A stretch of 23,707 bases of DNA from Pseudobdellovibrionaceae bacterium (GCA_041288045.1 JBGGMM010000116.1:1-23707); one strand, 5' to 3'; positions 1-8,794 are shown, counted from the stretch's first letter. Made by a program: numbers and translations. Notes: generated by a model not told the origin, from the letters alone.

Positions 1-1336
1 CGGCAAACTGATTGATTTCAACTTTGTTCGGGCCTTCCACAAGCACTCGCACCACAGGCTCTGTGCCCGAGAATCGAACGAAAATTCGACCTTTGCCCTT
101 GAGCTTTTTCGTGATGCTGTCACAAAGAGCCGTGTAGCCAGGGATTTTATCGAGATCTTTTCTGACTTTGACTCGCAAATTGATCAGAACCTGCGGCACA
201 TCCTCGATGATTTTATTCAGATCCGACATTTTCACTCCGGTCTGTTTCATCACCGCCAGCACGCTGAGAGCGGCCACACAGCCATCCCCCGTCGTCGTGT
301 GATCGAGAAAAATAATATGGCCCGACTGCTCCCCACCCAGATTGTAGTTGTTGCGTCTGAGCTCTTCGACCACGTACTTATCGCCAACACCTGTTTTGAC
401 AACTTCGATGCCGGCTTCGCTCATTTTTTTCTCTAGCCCAAAGTTTGACATTTGAGTGACAACCAAAGTGTTGTTTTTCAAAGTGCCTTTCTTCTTCATA
501 TGAAGAGCACAAATCCCCAAAATGTGATCGCCATTCATGATTTGGCCTTTTTCATCCACCATGATCACTCGGTCTGCATCGCCATCCAAACTGATGCCGA
601 CATCGGCGCGAAACTGAACCACAGCTTCAGAAAGCTTGGCCGGATACAATGCCCCGACTTTGTCGTTGATGTTGGTGCCATTGGGCTCGTTCCCGAGGTG
701 AATCACTTCAGCGCCGAGCTCTTGAAAAATAGCTGGCGCCACTTTGTAAGCCGCACCATTCGCAGTATCAAGCACAATGCGAAGACCATCCAAAGTGTAT
801 TCCAAAGGGAAAGTATTTTTCACAAAGAGAATGTATCTCCCTTGTGAATCTTCGATTCTTCGAGTGCGTCCGACTTGATGAGAGGGAGGAAGAAATTTTG
901 TCAGATCCTCTTCGAGTACCAGTCTTTCAATCTGTCTTTCCATTTCATCGGCAATTTTAAATCCGTCAAAGCCAAAGACCTTGATCCCATTGTCATGAAA
1001 GGCATTGTGAGAAGCTGAAATCACAATCCCGGCCGCAGCTCGCATGTTTCTGGTCAAAAAGCCAATCCCCGGTGTTGGCAGAGGTCCTACCAGCTGCACA
1101 TGCACTCCCATGGAATTCAGCCCTGAAGCCAAAGCCTGCTCGATCATATAGCCAGAAAGTCTGGTGTCTTTTCCGATCACCACTTTTCTTTGTGGCGAAG
1201 CCCAGGGAAGCTCCTGCTTTTGCAAGAGATAGCCAATGGCTTGGCCGACTTTCACCACCATATCCGGAGTCATCGGATAAACATTGGCAGTTCCGCGGAT
1301 TCCATCAGTTCCAAACAACTTTGTTTTTTTATCCAC
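1..1336 (-). CDS. glmM: Phosphoglucosamine mutase (3' end runs off the window)
   Basis: Not in the ORF track because there is no stop in the window. Manual translation from GTG at 1336 gives MDKKTKLFGTDGIRG...GKDTRLSGYMIE...ISASHNAFHDNGIK...LDGDADR...GGEQSGH...RFSGTEP, all GlmM signature motifs, open to base 1. Confidence 0.96.
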   Translation of the reverse strand, partial: MDKKTKLFGTDGIRGTANVYPMTPDMVVKVGQAIGYLLQKQELPWASPQRKVVIGKDTRLSGYMIEQALASGLNSMGVHVQLVGPLPTPGIGFLTRNMRAAAGIVISASHNAFHDNGIKVFGFDGFKIADEMERQIERLVLEEDLTKFLPPSHQVGRTRRIEDSQGRYILFVKNTFPLEYTLDGLRIVLDTANGAAYKVAPAIFQELGAEVIHLGNEPNGTNINDKVGALYPAKLSEAVVQFRADVGISLDGDADRVIMVDEKGQIMNGDHILGICALHMKKKGTLKNNTLVVTQMSNFGLEKKMSEAGIEVVKTGVGDKYVVEELRRNNYNLGGEQSGHIIFLDHTTTGDGCVAALSVLAVMKQTGVKMSDLNKIIEDVPQVLINLRVKVRKDLDKIPGYTALCDSITKKLKGKGRIFVRFSGTEPVVRVLVEGPNKVEINQFA

Positions 1337-1340
1337 TTGA

Positions 1341-1733
1341 TCAATCCTTTTTCAGAATGCGGGCGCGAATCACGCTGGGCTTGACTGAAATCACTTTCAC
1401 GCCAAAGGGCACGTCGATCTGCTTGATGGGGACTTCGAGTTCAATGTCCCCTTCCCCTTTTTTTGAGACATCAATGCTGACCATCTGGCTCATTCCGCTT
1501 TCCATGAATTTTTTAAGGGCAGCTCGGGGTCCTGTGACTTTCACTTTCACATTTTCAGCACTTTGGGCCGAGACCGTCTGCTGGGGACCAGGCAAAAGTT
1601 CCACTTCCACGGATTTGGTCAATGAGAAATCGCGCCTGCCTAAAATCGTGAGCCAAAGAATCAAAGCAATAAACAAAGAGACGACTTTGTAGCTGAGATT
1701 GTCCGTCAGAATGTGTTTCCATTTGTGTCTCAT
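1341..1733 (-). CDS. cdaR: CdaR/YbbR-family diadenylate cyclase regulator, short single-domain form
   Basis: N-terminal TM (NLSYKVVSLFIALILW) followed by a YbbR-like segment (VKVKVTGPR...VSIDVS...VKVISVKPS). Lies between cdaA and glmM with an ATGA overlap. Confidence 0.85.
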   Translation of the reverse strand: MRHKWKHILTDNLSYKVVSLFIALILWLTILGRRDFSLTKSVEVELLPGPQQTVSAQSAENVKVKVTGPRAALKKFMESGMSQMVSIDVSKKGEGDIELEVPIKQIDVPFGVKVISVKPSVIRARILKKD

Positions 1734-2539
1734 GAAAACACCTCAACACTGGATTTGTATTTGAGCCCATAAACATCGTACAGCGCCTGTCTGAGATCAC
1801 CCATATCCTGCAAGAGAGTCAAATGCCCCCCCTGCACGATGGCGACGGATCGACTCTCTTCGCTGACAATAATGACAATGGCATCAGACTCTTCGGTGAG
1901 ACCAATGGCCGCTCGATGCCGGGTTCCCAAGTTCTTATCCAAAACTGGATTCTTACTAAGCGGCAAAAAGTTTCCGGCCGAATGAATTTTCCCACCGCGG
2001 ATCAAAATCGCGCCATCATGAATCGGTGAAGTGGGATGAAAAACAGAGATCAAAAGCTCTGCAGAAACTTTTGAATCCATTTCTGTGCCAAATTCAATGT
2101 GGTAATCAACGAGAATATCTCTTTCGATCACCACCAAAGCGCCAAAGCCTTGCTGAGCCATTGAAAAAGTGGCTTTCGAAATTTCTTCGATAATGTAGGT
2201 CTCTTGCACTGCGGACACATCCGAGAAAAAGGGATTGCTCCCGATCTGCGCTAAAGCCCGGCGAATCTCACCCTGGAACAGGATGACGACGATGACGAAA
2301 AGGTTGGAGAAGAATTTTTCTAAAATCCAATTGAAAGTGAAAAACTCAAACCAAATGCTGAGAATATAGGCGATGGCAAGAACGCCAAGGCCTGAAAGCA
2401 TTTGGATGGTGCCTGTTTTTTTGATGAGCACAAGAATCCGGTAGATCACAATCCAAACAAGGATCATGTCCAACAGATCTTGAATTCGGAGATTACTGAC
2501 AATAAACCAGATATTGTCGAGTATCAGCTGCCATTCCAT
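1730..2539 (-). CDS. cdaA: Diadenylate cyclase CdaA/DacA (c-di-AMP synthase)
   Basis: Three N-terminal TM helices, FQGEIRRAL linker, and DAC-domain catalytic motifs HDGA and GTRHRAA. Confidence 0.95.
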   Translation of the reverse strand: MEWQLILDNIWFIVSNLRIQDLLDMILVWIVIYRILVLIKKTGTIQMLSGLGVLAIAYILSIWFEFFTFNWILEKFFSNLFVIVVILFQGEIRRALAQIGSNPFFSDVSAVQETYIIEEISKATFSMAQQGFGALVVIERDILVDYHIEFGTEMDSKVSAELLISVFHPTSPIHDGAILIRGGKIHSAGNFLPLSKNPVLDKNLGTRHRAAIGLTEESDAIVIIVSEESRSVAIVQGGHLTLLQDMGDLRQALYDVYGLKYKSSVEVFS

Positions 2540-2569
2540 CGAAATCCTCTTCTTGGGTTTTCGATGGAA
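2534..2569 (-). promoter_or_regulatory. mRNA hairpin sequestering the cdaA start codon
   Basis: Perfect 11-bp inverted repeat TTCCATCGAAA (2534-2544) / TTTCGATGGAA (2559-2569). The cdaA AUG (2539-2537) is in the stem and the SD-like AGAGGA (2550-2545) is in the loop/upper stem. Confidence 0.6.
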
Positions 2570-2580
2570 AGCTTAGCAGT

Positions 2581-4551
2581 TTAAGCTGTGACAGGTCCAG
2601 GATTTCCAACAGGATCTTTTCCGCCATCATCTTTTTTCGTGACAGGGGCGACCTCATTGGTGGCTTCACCCGGCTTGGCCGAAAGCCCCCCAGGCCCGGA
2701 ACGGTTGGAGCGAAGCTTGCGGATTTCAGAAACAGCAGCCCCATTGACCAACATTTCCACTTCGTTGCCGTCGATGGTTTCATATTCCAGCAGAGCCTGG
2801 GCCAAACGCTCCAGAGCATCCCGATGATCAGTGAGAATTCGCACAGCCGTTTTATGGCCATGATCGATAATCGCATGAACTTCGCGGTCAATCTCTTCGG
2901 CTTTCGCTTCTGAGTAGTGGCGATGAGTGTCTCCGGTTTGCATTCCCAAAAATGGCATATGCCCGCTTTTTTCGTAAGCCAAAGGACCGAGCTTTTCACT
3001 CATTCCCCATTCGCAGACCATGCGACGGGCGATTTCGGTGGCTCTTTCAATGTCATTGCCAGCCCCTGTTGTGATATCGGCAAAGGCCACTTCTTCTGCC
3101 GCCCGACCGCCAAATAAAAAGGCAATCATATGCGCGGCTTTGGTTTTTGAAAGACTGTGAGTGTCTTTTTCAGGCAATGTCTGAGTCACACCCAATGCCA
3201 TTCCCCTGGGGATGATCGTGACTTTGTGAATAGGATCCAAGCCTGCCAGCTTTTTGCCGACCAGAGTGTGCCCTGCTTCATGGTAAGCAGTGACTCGCTT
3301 GTCTTCTTCGCTGATGACCATGGATTTTCTTTCAGAGCCCATCAGAACTTTGTCTTTGGCTTTTTCAAAATCTTCCATGTCCAAATATTTTTTATCAGTG
3401 CGAGCGGCGATCAAAGCGGCTTCATTCACCAAGTTTTCAAGGTCGGCTCCTGAAAAGCCCGGAGTCCCCCGAGCAATTCTCTCCAGATCCACATCTGGAC
3501 CCAAGGGAGTTTTTCGAGTGTGGACTTCTAAAATCTGACGTCGCCCGTTGAGATCTGGCTTATTCACCACAACCCGTCGGTCAAAGCGACCTGGACGCAT
3601 CAGAGCCGGATCGAGGACATCCGGTCGATTGGTGGCCGCAATCAAAATCACGCCTTCACTGGATTCAAAACCGTCCATTTCAACCAAAAGCTGATTGAGA
3701 GTTTGTTCCCGCTCATCGTGACCGCCACCCATACCGGCACCCCGGTGTCTGCCGACAGCATCAATCTCATCAATGAAAATCAGGCAAGGAGCATGCTTTT
3801 TCCCCTGCTCAAAAAGATCGCGCACCCGACTGGCACCGACTCCGACGAACATTTCAACAAAATCAGATCCAGAGATCGTAAAGAAAGGACGTCCCGCTTC
3901 ACCAGCCACAGCTCGAGCCAAAAGCGTTTTTCCAGTTCCTGGTGAACCCACCAGCAAAACCCCTTTCGGGATACGGCCACCGAGTTTGGTGAATTTCTTT
4001 GGATCCTTCAGAAACTGCACAATCTCTTGCAGTTCTTCTTTGGCTTCATCCACACCAGCCACTTCTTTGAAAGTGACTTTGTTTTTATTTTCTTCCAAAA
4101 GCCGGGCCCGGCTTTTTCCGAAACTCATGGCTTTACCGCCACCCATTTGAATTTGGCGCATGATCAGAAAAAGAAAACCAATCCCTAAAATAAATGGCAA
4201 AGAGTTCACCAGAAGGCTCATCAAAACTCCGCTGCCTTCACCTTTTTCATAGTTCGGCGTGATGCCGTTGGCTTGCAGAAACTTCAGCCCCTCGTCGCCG
4301 GTGTTGCCGACAATTTGGAAACGTTTTGCATTGTATTTCTTGCTGACCAATTCGGGCTTCATTTCGCCGCTGATTTCATTGGTGTCCGTATGGAAAGTCA
4401 CGCTTGCCACGTCGCCAGCTTTCACAGCTTCAGAAAATTTAGAATAGTTGAAATCCTGGATTTGGGTCTCTTGTCTGGTATTGTACACGTGAAAAGAAAA
4501 GATCGCGATGATCACCATGGCAAACCAGAAGGCCGTCACTTTTTGATTCAT
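2581..4551 (-). CDS. ftsH: ATP-dependent zinc metalloprotease FtsH
   Basis: Two TMs, Walker A GSPGTGKT, Walker B IFIDEID, SRH ([20 protein letters not shown]) and HEAGH zinc motif. SD GAGGTG upstream. Confidence 0.98.
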   Translation of the reverse strand: MNQKVTAFWFAMVIIAIFSFHVYNTRQETQIQDFNYSKFSEAVKAGDVASVTFHTDTNEISGEMKPELVSKKYNAKRFQIVGNTGDEGLKFLQANGITPNYEKGEGSGVLMSLLVNSLPFILGIGFLFLIMRQIQMGGGKAMSFGKSRARLLEENKNKVTFKEVAGVDEAKEELQEIVQFLKDPKKFTKLGGRIPKGVLLVGSPGTGKTLLARAVAGEAGRPFFTISGSDFVEMFVGVGASRVRDLFEQGKKHAPCLIFIDEIDAVGRHRGAGMGGGHDEREQTLNQLLVEMDGFESSEGVILIAATNRPDVLDPALMRPGRFDRRVVVNKPDLNGRRQILEVHTRKTPLGPDVDLERIARGTPGFSGADLENLVNEAALIAARTDKKYLDMEDFEKAKDKVLMGSERKSMVISEEDKRVTAYHEAGHTLVGKKLAGLDPIHKVTIIPRGMALGVTQTLPEKDTHSLSKTKAAHMIAFLFGGRAAEEVAFADITTGAGNDIERATEIARRMVCEWGMSEKLGPLAYEKSGHMPFLGMQTGDTHRHYSEAKAEEIDREVHAIIDHGHKTAVRILTDHRDALERLAQALLEYETIDGNEVEMLVNGAAVSEIRKLRSNRSGPGGLSAKPGEATNEVAPVTKKDDGGKDPVGNPGPVTA

Positions 4552-4606
4552 ATCTGCACCTCGCGCCAGTTGTGAGATTCAATTCTCAATCATTATGCTA
4601 GCACCT

Positions 4607-5578
4607 TCAGTTGGCATTCACAACTAAAGGAGATTTGGCAGAAATCAGATCTTTGCTGAAAGACCACTGAACCTGCGCCGATTGAAATGTGTGATTTAAT
4701 TGGGAGTTGTCCAGGCGTTTCAGGACTTCTTGCAACTGATTGTGCGTAAATTCCATTTGACCCAATTTTTTTAAGTAAAGGGCGAGACATTGTCTCTTTT
4801 GCGCCTCATTCAGAGTCAAAAACAGAGGTCTAGAAATGCCATTTTCAAGCCAAATCCCCTCTGGAAATTGCAAATCAAAGGACTCTTGCAGCAGGCCTAA
4901 AGACCGAGAAAAAGAATTCAATGCACCAGGACATTTCTGTTCAAGTTGAGGAAGCCATGTGTTGCGAAGCCAATTTCTCAGATGATTTTCATTCTGATTG
5001 CTCGGGTCTTCCAACCATGGGACTTTTTGGGACAGAAGCTCTTCTTCTAATGTTTTCCGACTGATTTGCAAAAAAGGACGAAGCTCAGTGCCGCGAAGCA
5101 AGCTCATCGGTTCAGAAATGGCTTCTTTTCCTGCACCACGAATCAATCGCAGAATCTGTGTCTCTAAAAAATCATCTTGGTGATGAGCCCAGACAGTCCA
5201 ACTGATTTTTTCTTGCGCTTGAATTTTTGAAATTTCATTTTTTCGAAACTCCCGCATTTCGTTTTCTGAATGCAGCTGCTGGAGACTTTGAACACCAAAG
5301 AAAGAAAAGCCATGAATCTCGGCCTGCTTTCGCACAAAATCCAGGGCCTGATTTCGATACTGAAATTGCTGGTTTTCACTGGGACCATGGTGGGCATGAA
5401 AAACAGAAATTTGAAGACTCAAAGACGGACCCAGCCTTGAAAAAACCTGCAAAAGCGCCATGGAATCCACCCCACCGGACACAGCTAAAAGACAAGCCCC
5501 CTTCTCAATCGAAAGGCTTTTCAGCTGCCGGTAAATTTGATGCTCCAAGGGAGTCCACTGCGTCTGGTGACTGGCCAT
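4607..5578 (-). CDS. tilS: tRNA(Ile)-lysidine synthetase
   Basis: PP-loop AVSGGVDS, AHHQDD, RP, EDPSN...RNWLR motifs. Canonical position upstream of ftsH. Confidence 0.93.
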   Translation of the reverse strand: MASHQTQWTPLEHQIYRQLKSLSIEKGACLLAVSGGVDSMALLQVFSRLGPSLSLQISVFHAHHGPSENQQFQYRNQALDFVRKQAEIHGFSFFGVQSLQQLHSENEMREFRKNEISKIQAQEKISWTVWAHHQDDFLETQILRLIRGAGKEAISEPMSLLRGTELRPFLQISRKTLEEELLSQKVPWLEDPSNQNENHLRNWLRNTWLPQLEQKCPGALNSFSRSLGLLQESFDLQFPEGIWLENGISRPLFLTLNEAQKRQCLALYLKKLGQMEFTHNQLQEVLKRLDNSQLNHTFQSAQVQWSFSKDLISAKSPLVVNAN

Positions 5579-5590
5579 GCTTTTTATCTC

Positions 5591-5662
5591 TTAAACAACC
5601 AAAGGAAAAATCTCGGACTGAGTCTTCATATTGCCGGATCTGCCTAATCTTCTGTATTCCAT
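5591..5662 (-). pseudogene. 23-aa ORF whose N-terminus matches aldo/keto reductases (gene remnant or leader ORF of tilS)
   Basis: MEYRRLGRSGNMKTQSEIFPLVV*, preceded by SD-like AGGTAGGA. MEYRRLGRSG is the typical AKR N-terminus. The stop is 12 nt before the tilS ATG. Confidence 0.5.
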
Positions 5663-5712
5663 TGATTTCCTACCTTCCGTTTTCCACAAGGAGTGAGGAT
5701 CGAGATTTTCAA

Positions 5713-5741
5713 AGCATAGGACAGAGACGGAGAGGAACCAA
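5713..5741 (-). promoter_or_regulatory. Putative sigma70 promoter of the sORF-tilS-ftsH-cdaA-cdaR-glmM operon
   Basis: TTGGTT-N17-TATGCT on the minus strand. Confidence 0.4.
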
Positions 5742-5865
5742 GAGCTTTTGCGCTGGAAGAAAGTGTCAATTTTCGCAACACTTCTCACCTTTTTCCAATC
5801 TCAGAGGACTTGTCAGACATCGGAAGTTAAAGTCTGATAAAATCTCAGCGATTTCGGGGTGGAAT

Positions 5866-6522
5866 ATGCCAATCGGGCGCTTTTCTCAAATGATTCTTAT
5901 TTCTGTCGGACTGCTTGTCGCAGCTTTGCTGGGCGCAAGAGCTCACGCCGAAGATCGCTTTGATGTGATCGCCCAGCTGAAGCACTGGCAAGCTCGTACC
6001 AGCTTCCGTCAGGATCTGCCAGAGCGGGAAAAGGATCAAAGACTTCAACTGATCAGCCGGCTGATTTTTCAAGTGGAGCGCAAGTACCAAGAAAATTCGC
6101 TGCGGGATTTTTTCTCAGTGACCTTGAAAGAAATGATCAAAACCGATCAGATGACAGCCAACCAGTCTTTTCTGAGCCAAGAGCTTTTTCTTTTAAGCCT
6201 GAAGGAAAGTTATGAAACTTTATTGGAAAACAAAGAAGATCCACTTGTTTTTATTGAAAGCTTCACTGAATTTTCAAGCGTCACAAACCCAGTCAGTGCT
6301 GATGAATTTGCCGAAACCCGCAGTTATTTCGATGGCAAAAATGTTTTGGCTGCCAAGACGATGAGCCTTGAAGAAGTTTCGGAAATTTTAGAGGAAAAAG
6401 AAAAAGCCCTGCCAGAAATTGAGCGAAAATGGTTTGATCTGAAAACTCCACTCCCGCAGGAATTCACTCCGATTGAGCAGCCTCGGACTTTTTCTCAACA
6501 CTTCCAAAACCCAGTGATTTGA
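5866..6522 (+). CDS. Hypothetical secreted alpha-helical protein (218 aa)
   Basis: True start is likely ATG 5866 (SD GGGGTGG; extended -10 TGaTAAAAT upstream). Signal peptide ends AHA|ED. The listed 431-aa ORF is extended upstream antisense to tilS. Confidence 0.7.
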   Translation: MPIGRFSQMILISVGLLVAALLGARAHAEDRFDVIAQLKHWQARTSFRQDLPEREKDQRLQLISRLIFQVERKYQENSLRDFFSVTLKEMIKTDQMTANQSFLSQELFLLSLKESYETLLENKEDPLVFIESFTEFSSVTNPVSADEFAETRSYFDGKNVLAAKTMSLEEVSEILEEKEKALPEIERKWFDLKTPLPQEFTPIEQPRTFSQHFQNPVI

Positions 6523-7873
6523 TATTGCAGAATTCATTGAAGCCGTAAAGGCCGAGCTCGCGACCGTAGCCGGACTCTTTGACGCCGCCAAAGGGCAGTC
6601 GCGGATCGGATTTCACTTGATCATTGATGGTGATAAAACCAGCTTCCATTCCGCGAGCAAACTCTTCGGCGCGCTTTTCATCTTTGGAAAAAACGGCTCC
6701 CCCAAGTCCATAGACGGAGCGATTGCACAGAGCCAGAGCTTCTTTTTCACTTTGAAAACTCCACATCAAAGCGACAGGTCCAAAAAATTCGTCTTCAAAA
6801 GCCATGTCTTGTTCAGCTGTCACTTTGTAAGCTCGGGCTGGAAAAAAAGCTCCGGGATGAGAAAAATCAAATCGAGAATCTAAATCGAAAATTTTTTCTC
6901 CGCCCGCTTTTTCTAAAAAAGCACACTGCTCAAGAAGCTGCTTTTGAAATTTTTTGGAGGCCAAGCTCCCCACCTGAGTTTCCCTGACGAAGGGATCTCC
7001 CATTCTCACTTCTTTCATCGCCATTTCGAAGAATTTTAAAAATTCAGCAAAAACAGATTGATCCACCAAAAAGCGTTTGGCGGCAATGCAGCTTTGACCA
7101 TTATTGGTCATTCTCGCCAAGGCACAGGTGCGCGCTGCCGCCTTTAAATCCGCATCTTTCAAAACCACATAGGCGTCACTGCCACCCAGCTCTAAAACTG
7201 TTTTTTTCAAATGCTTTCCGGATTCGCTGGCGATTTCCTTTCCGGCTCGAGTGCTCCCTGTCAGTGTCACTCCCCGCACTCTTTTATCAGCAATCACTCG
7301 AGCGGCCTGCTTGTGATCGATTCGCAAATTGATGAGAAGGCCCCTTTCGACCCGATCAAAAATTTCGCCCAACTTTTCTGCTGTGCCAGCCGTCAGGTCT
7401 GAATGCTTTAAAAGAATCGGATTGCCAATTCCAAGGGCTGGAGCTGCAAAACGCATCACCTGCCAAATGGGGAAATTCCAGGGCATGATTGTCAGGATGG
7501 GTCCTAGAGATTCTTTGACCACTTTCGATTTTGCGTAATGAGAAGGGCTTTCCTGGGGCGCCAAAAAGGCTGGCAGCCGATCGGCAAAGTACTCACAGGT
7601 CATGGCGCATTTTTCGATTTCGGCTTCTGAATCCTGGATGGCTTTTCCCATTTCCAAAGTGATCAGCCTTGCCAGACTGTTTTTTTCAGCTCGCAGCTCT
7701 GAAGCGAGATGTTTCAGGTCTTCAGCTTTTGAAGCAATGGATTTTGTTTTGAAAGAGTGAAATCTCTCCGACGCCCAGCTGATGGAATTTTCCACGGTCT
7801 GTGCATCGAAATGTTGGTAGCTGTGAATCGGCTCGCCTGTGGGAGGATGAATGGTTTGAAAGGAATCCGCCAT
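6464..7873 (-). CDS. NAD(P)-dependent succinate-semialdehyde dehydrogenase (GabD1/Sad-like aldehyde dehydrogenase)
   Basis: IMPWNFP, TGSTRAG, LELGGSD, NNGQSC (catalytic Cys), EFFGPV and PFGGVKESGYGRE motifs. Confidence 0.9.
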   Translation of the reverse strand: MADSFQTIHPPTGEPIHSYQHFDAQTVENSISWASERFHSFKTKSIASKAEDLKHLASELRAEKNSLARLITLEMGKAIQDSEAEIEKCAMTCEYFADRLPAFLAPQESPSHYAKSKVVKESLGPILTIMPWNFPIWQVMRFAAPALGIGNPILLKHSDLTAGTAEKLGEIFDRVERGLLINLRIDHKQAARVIADKRVRGVTLTGSTRAGKEIASESGKHLKKTVLELGGSDAYVVLKDADLKAAARTCALARMTNNGQSCIAAKRFLVDQSVFAEFLKFFEMAMKEVRMGDPFVRETQVGSLASKKFQKQLLEQCAFLEKAGGEKIFDLDSRFDFSHPGAFFPARAYKVTAEQDMAFEDEFFGPVALMWSFQSEKEALALCNRSVYGLGGAVFSKDEKRAEEFARGMEAGFITINDQVKSDPRLPFGGVKESGYGRELGLYGFNEFCNIKSLGFGSVEKKSEAAQSE

Positions 7874-7880
7874 GAAGGCA

Positions 7881-8108
7881 TCATAGTTCGAGAAAAACTT
7901 GAACGAAAGAAATAACCAGACCCATCAAAAAAACAAAGCTCATGACTCCGAGAGCAAAAATCAAATACTGGCGTTGAAGGCGCAGGGCTTTTCTGGAGTA
8001 GCTTGTTTGATTGAGACTGGGCATGGGCTTAATGATCGCCCTTGCAAAGAAATGTGCACAAAAACAAAAGAGTGTGACTGAAATAAAGCCTAAAAGCAGA
8101 CTGGACAT
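7881..8108 (-). CDS. Small two-TM membrane protein (75 aa)
   Basis: Two hydrophobic helices separated by a basic loop. ATG 8108 has SD GAGGG; the listed GTG 8138 has none. Confidence 0.6.
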   Translation of the reverse strand: MSSLLLGFISVTLFCFCAHFFARAIIKPMPSLNQTSYSRKALRLQRQYLIFALGVMSFVFLMGLVISFVQVFLEL

Positions 8109-8165
8109 GCCCTCTTCATCGGTCTCAAATTGAATCACCTGAAGAGGGGCGAAAGTCCTGATTTT

Positions 8166-8282
8166 CTATTTTTTCGCCGGGGATTGTTGCGTCTTAGAAT
8201 GAGACGAAATCACCGATTCTGCCGAAGCGTGGATACCAAGAAGAGAGAAAGCTAAAAGTGTGATCAGAATGATGTTATTCAC
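8166..8282 (-). CDS. Unlisted 38-aa ORF: signal peptide plus 17-aa tail
   Basis: GTG start 4 nt after AGGGGGG. Translation is MNNIILITLLAFSLLGIHASAESVISSHSKTQQSPAKK*. Confidence 0.45.
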   Translation of the reverse strand: MNNIILITLLAFSLLGIHASAESVISSHSKTQQSPAKK

Positions 8283-8431
8283 AAGACCCCCCTGTGATAT
8301 GGATTTGAAATGCAAATTTGGGGCGAGCTGGAAGGGCCTGTCTTCAGATACTTAGGACCAAGATGTCTCAATTTAGCGTCTACAAAGTGGCATTTGTCCA
8401 AGAAGTTGACTTTAAAACCACACTCGATGGA

Positions 8432-8794
8432 TCAGCTCTCGGACTTTTTTGAGTCTTCTTTTTTTAAGATTTCTATTTCGGCTGAGACTTTGAACTTATG
8501 AGTCTCAGCAAATCTGGAAACTTCTTTGACGATGTCGATCTTTTGCAGCATGCCGCTCACTTCTTTACCCACCCGGTTGGTGATCTCTTCTTTGGATTTG
8601 CTCGCCCCTTGGACAATGATGTTGAGCATCTCTTTCGGAAGCTTGAGATCAGCTAGATAGCTGCGCACACTTTCTTCGGTCATAAATGCGGCTGTGACCC
8701 CGGCAGTGAAGAGTTTTTTAACTGTTTCACCGACCAGATTGGATCTTTGCTCTTCTTTTTCTTTGCTGTCTTTGTCATGTTTTTCATCGGCCAT
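8432..8794 (-). CDS. Hypothetical amphipathic helical protein, phasin-like N-terminus
   Basis: Start MADEKH at 8794 overlaps the upstream gene end by 11 nt. VKKLFTAGVTAAFMTEE resembles phasin-family N-termini (inference). Confidence 0.65.
   Translation of the reverse strand: MADEKHDKDSKEKEEQRSNLVGETVKKLFTAGVTAAFMTEESVRSYLADLKLPKEMLNIIVQGASKSKEEITNRVGKEVSGMLQKIDIVKEVSRFAETHKFKVSAEIEILKKEDSKKSES

Noticed and set aside
452..4575. Plus-strand and alternative-frame ORFs over glmM, cdaR, cdaA and ftsH (e.g. 1072-1692, 2493-2999)
   Set aside because: Fully overlap well-supported conserved genes and have atypical composition.
4573..4598. Fur-like box upstream of ftsH (TGAGA-N6-TCTCA next to CATAAT)
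   Set aside because: Spacing is one base longer than the 7-1-7 Fur dyad and the arms are only 5 bp; not supportable.
5591..5662. AUA-codon-sensing leader peptide controlling tilS
   Set aside because: The ORF has no in-frame ATA codon and no attenuator hairpin follows it.
5227..5865. 5' half of the 431-aa plus-strand ORF
   Set aside because: Antisense to tilS and its leader. The signal peptide and SD point to ATG 5866.
2540..5865. c-di-AMP (ydaO) or other riboswitch in the operon's intergenic gaps
   Set aside because: Gaps are short and I saw no recognisable conserved riboswitch motifs by eye; an Rfam scan would be needed to exclude one.
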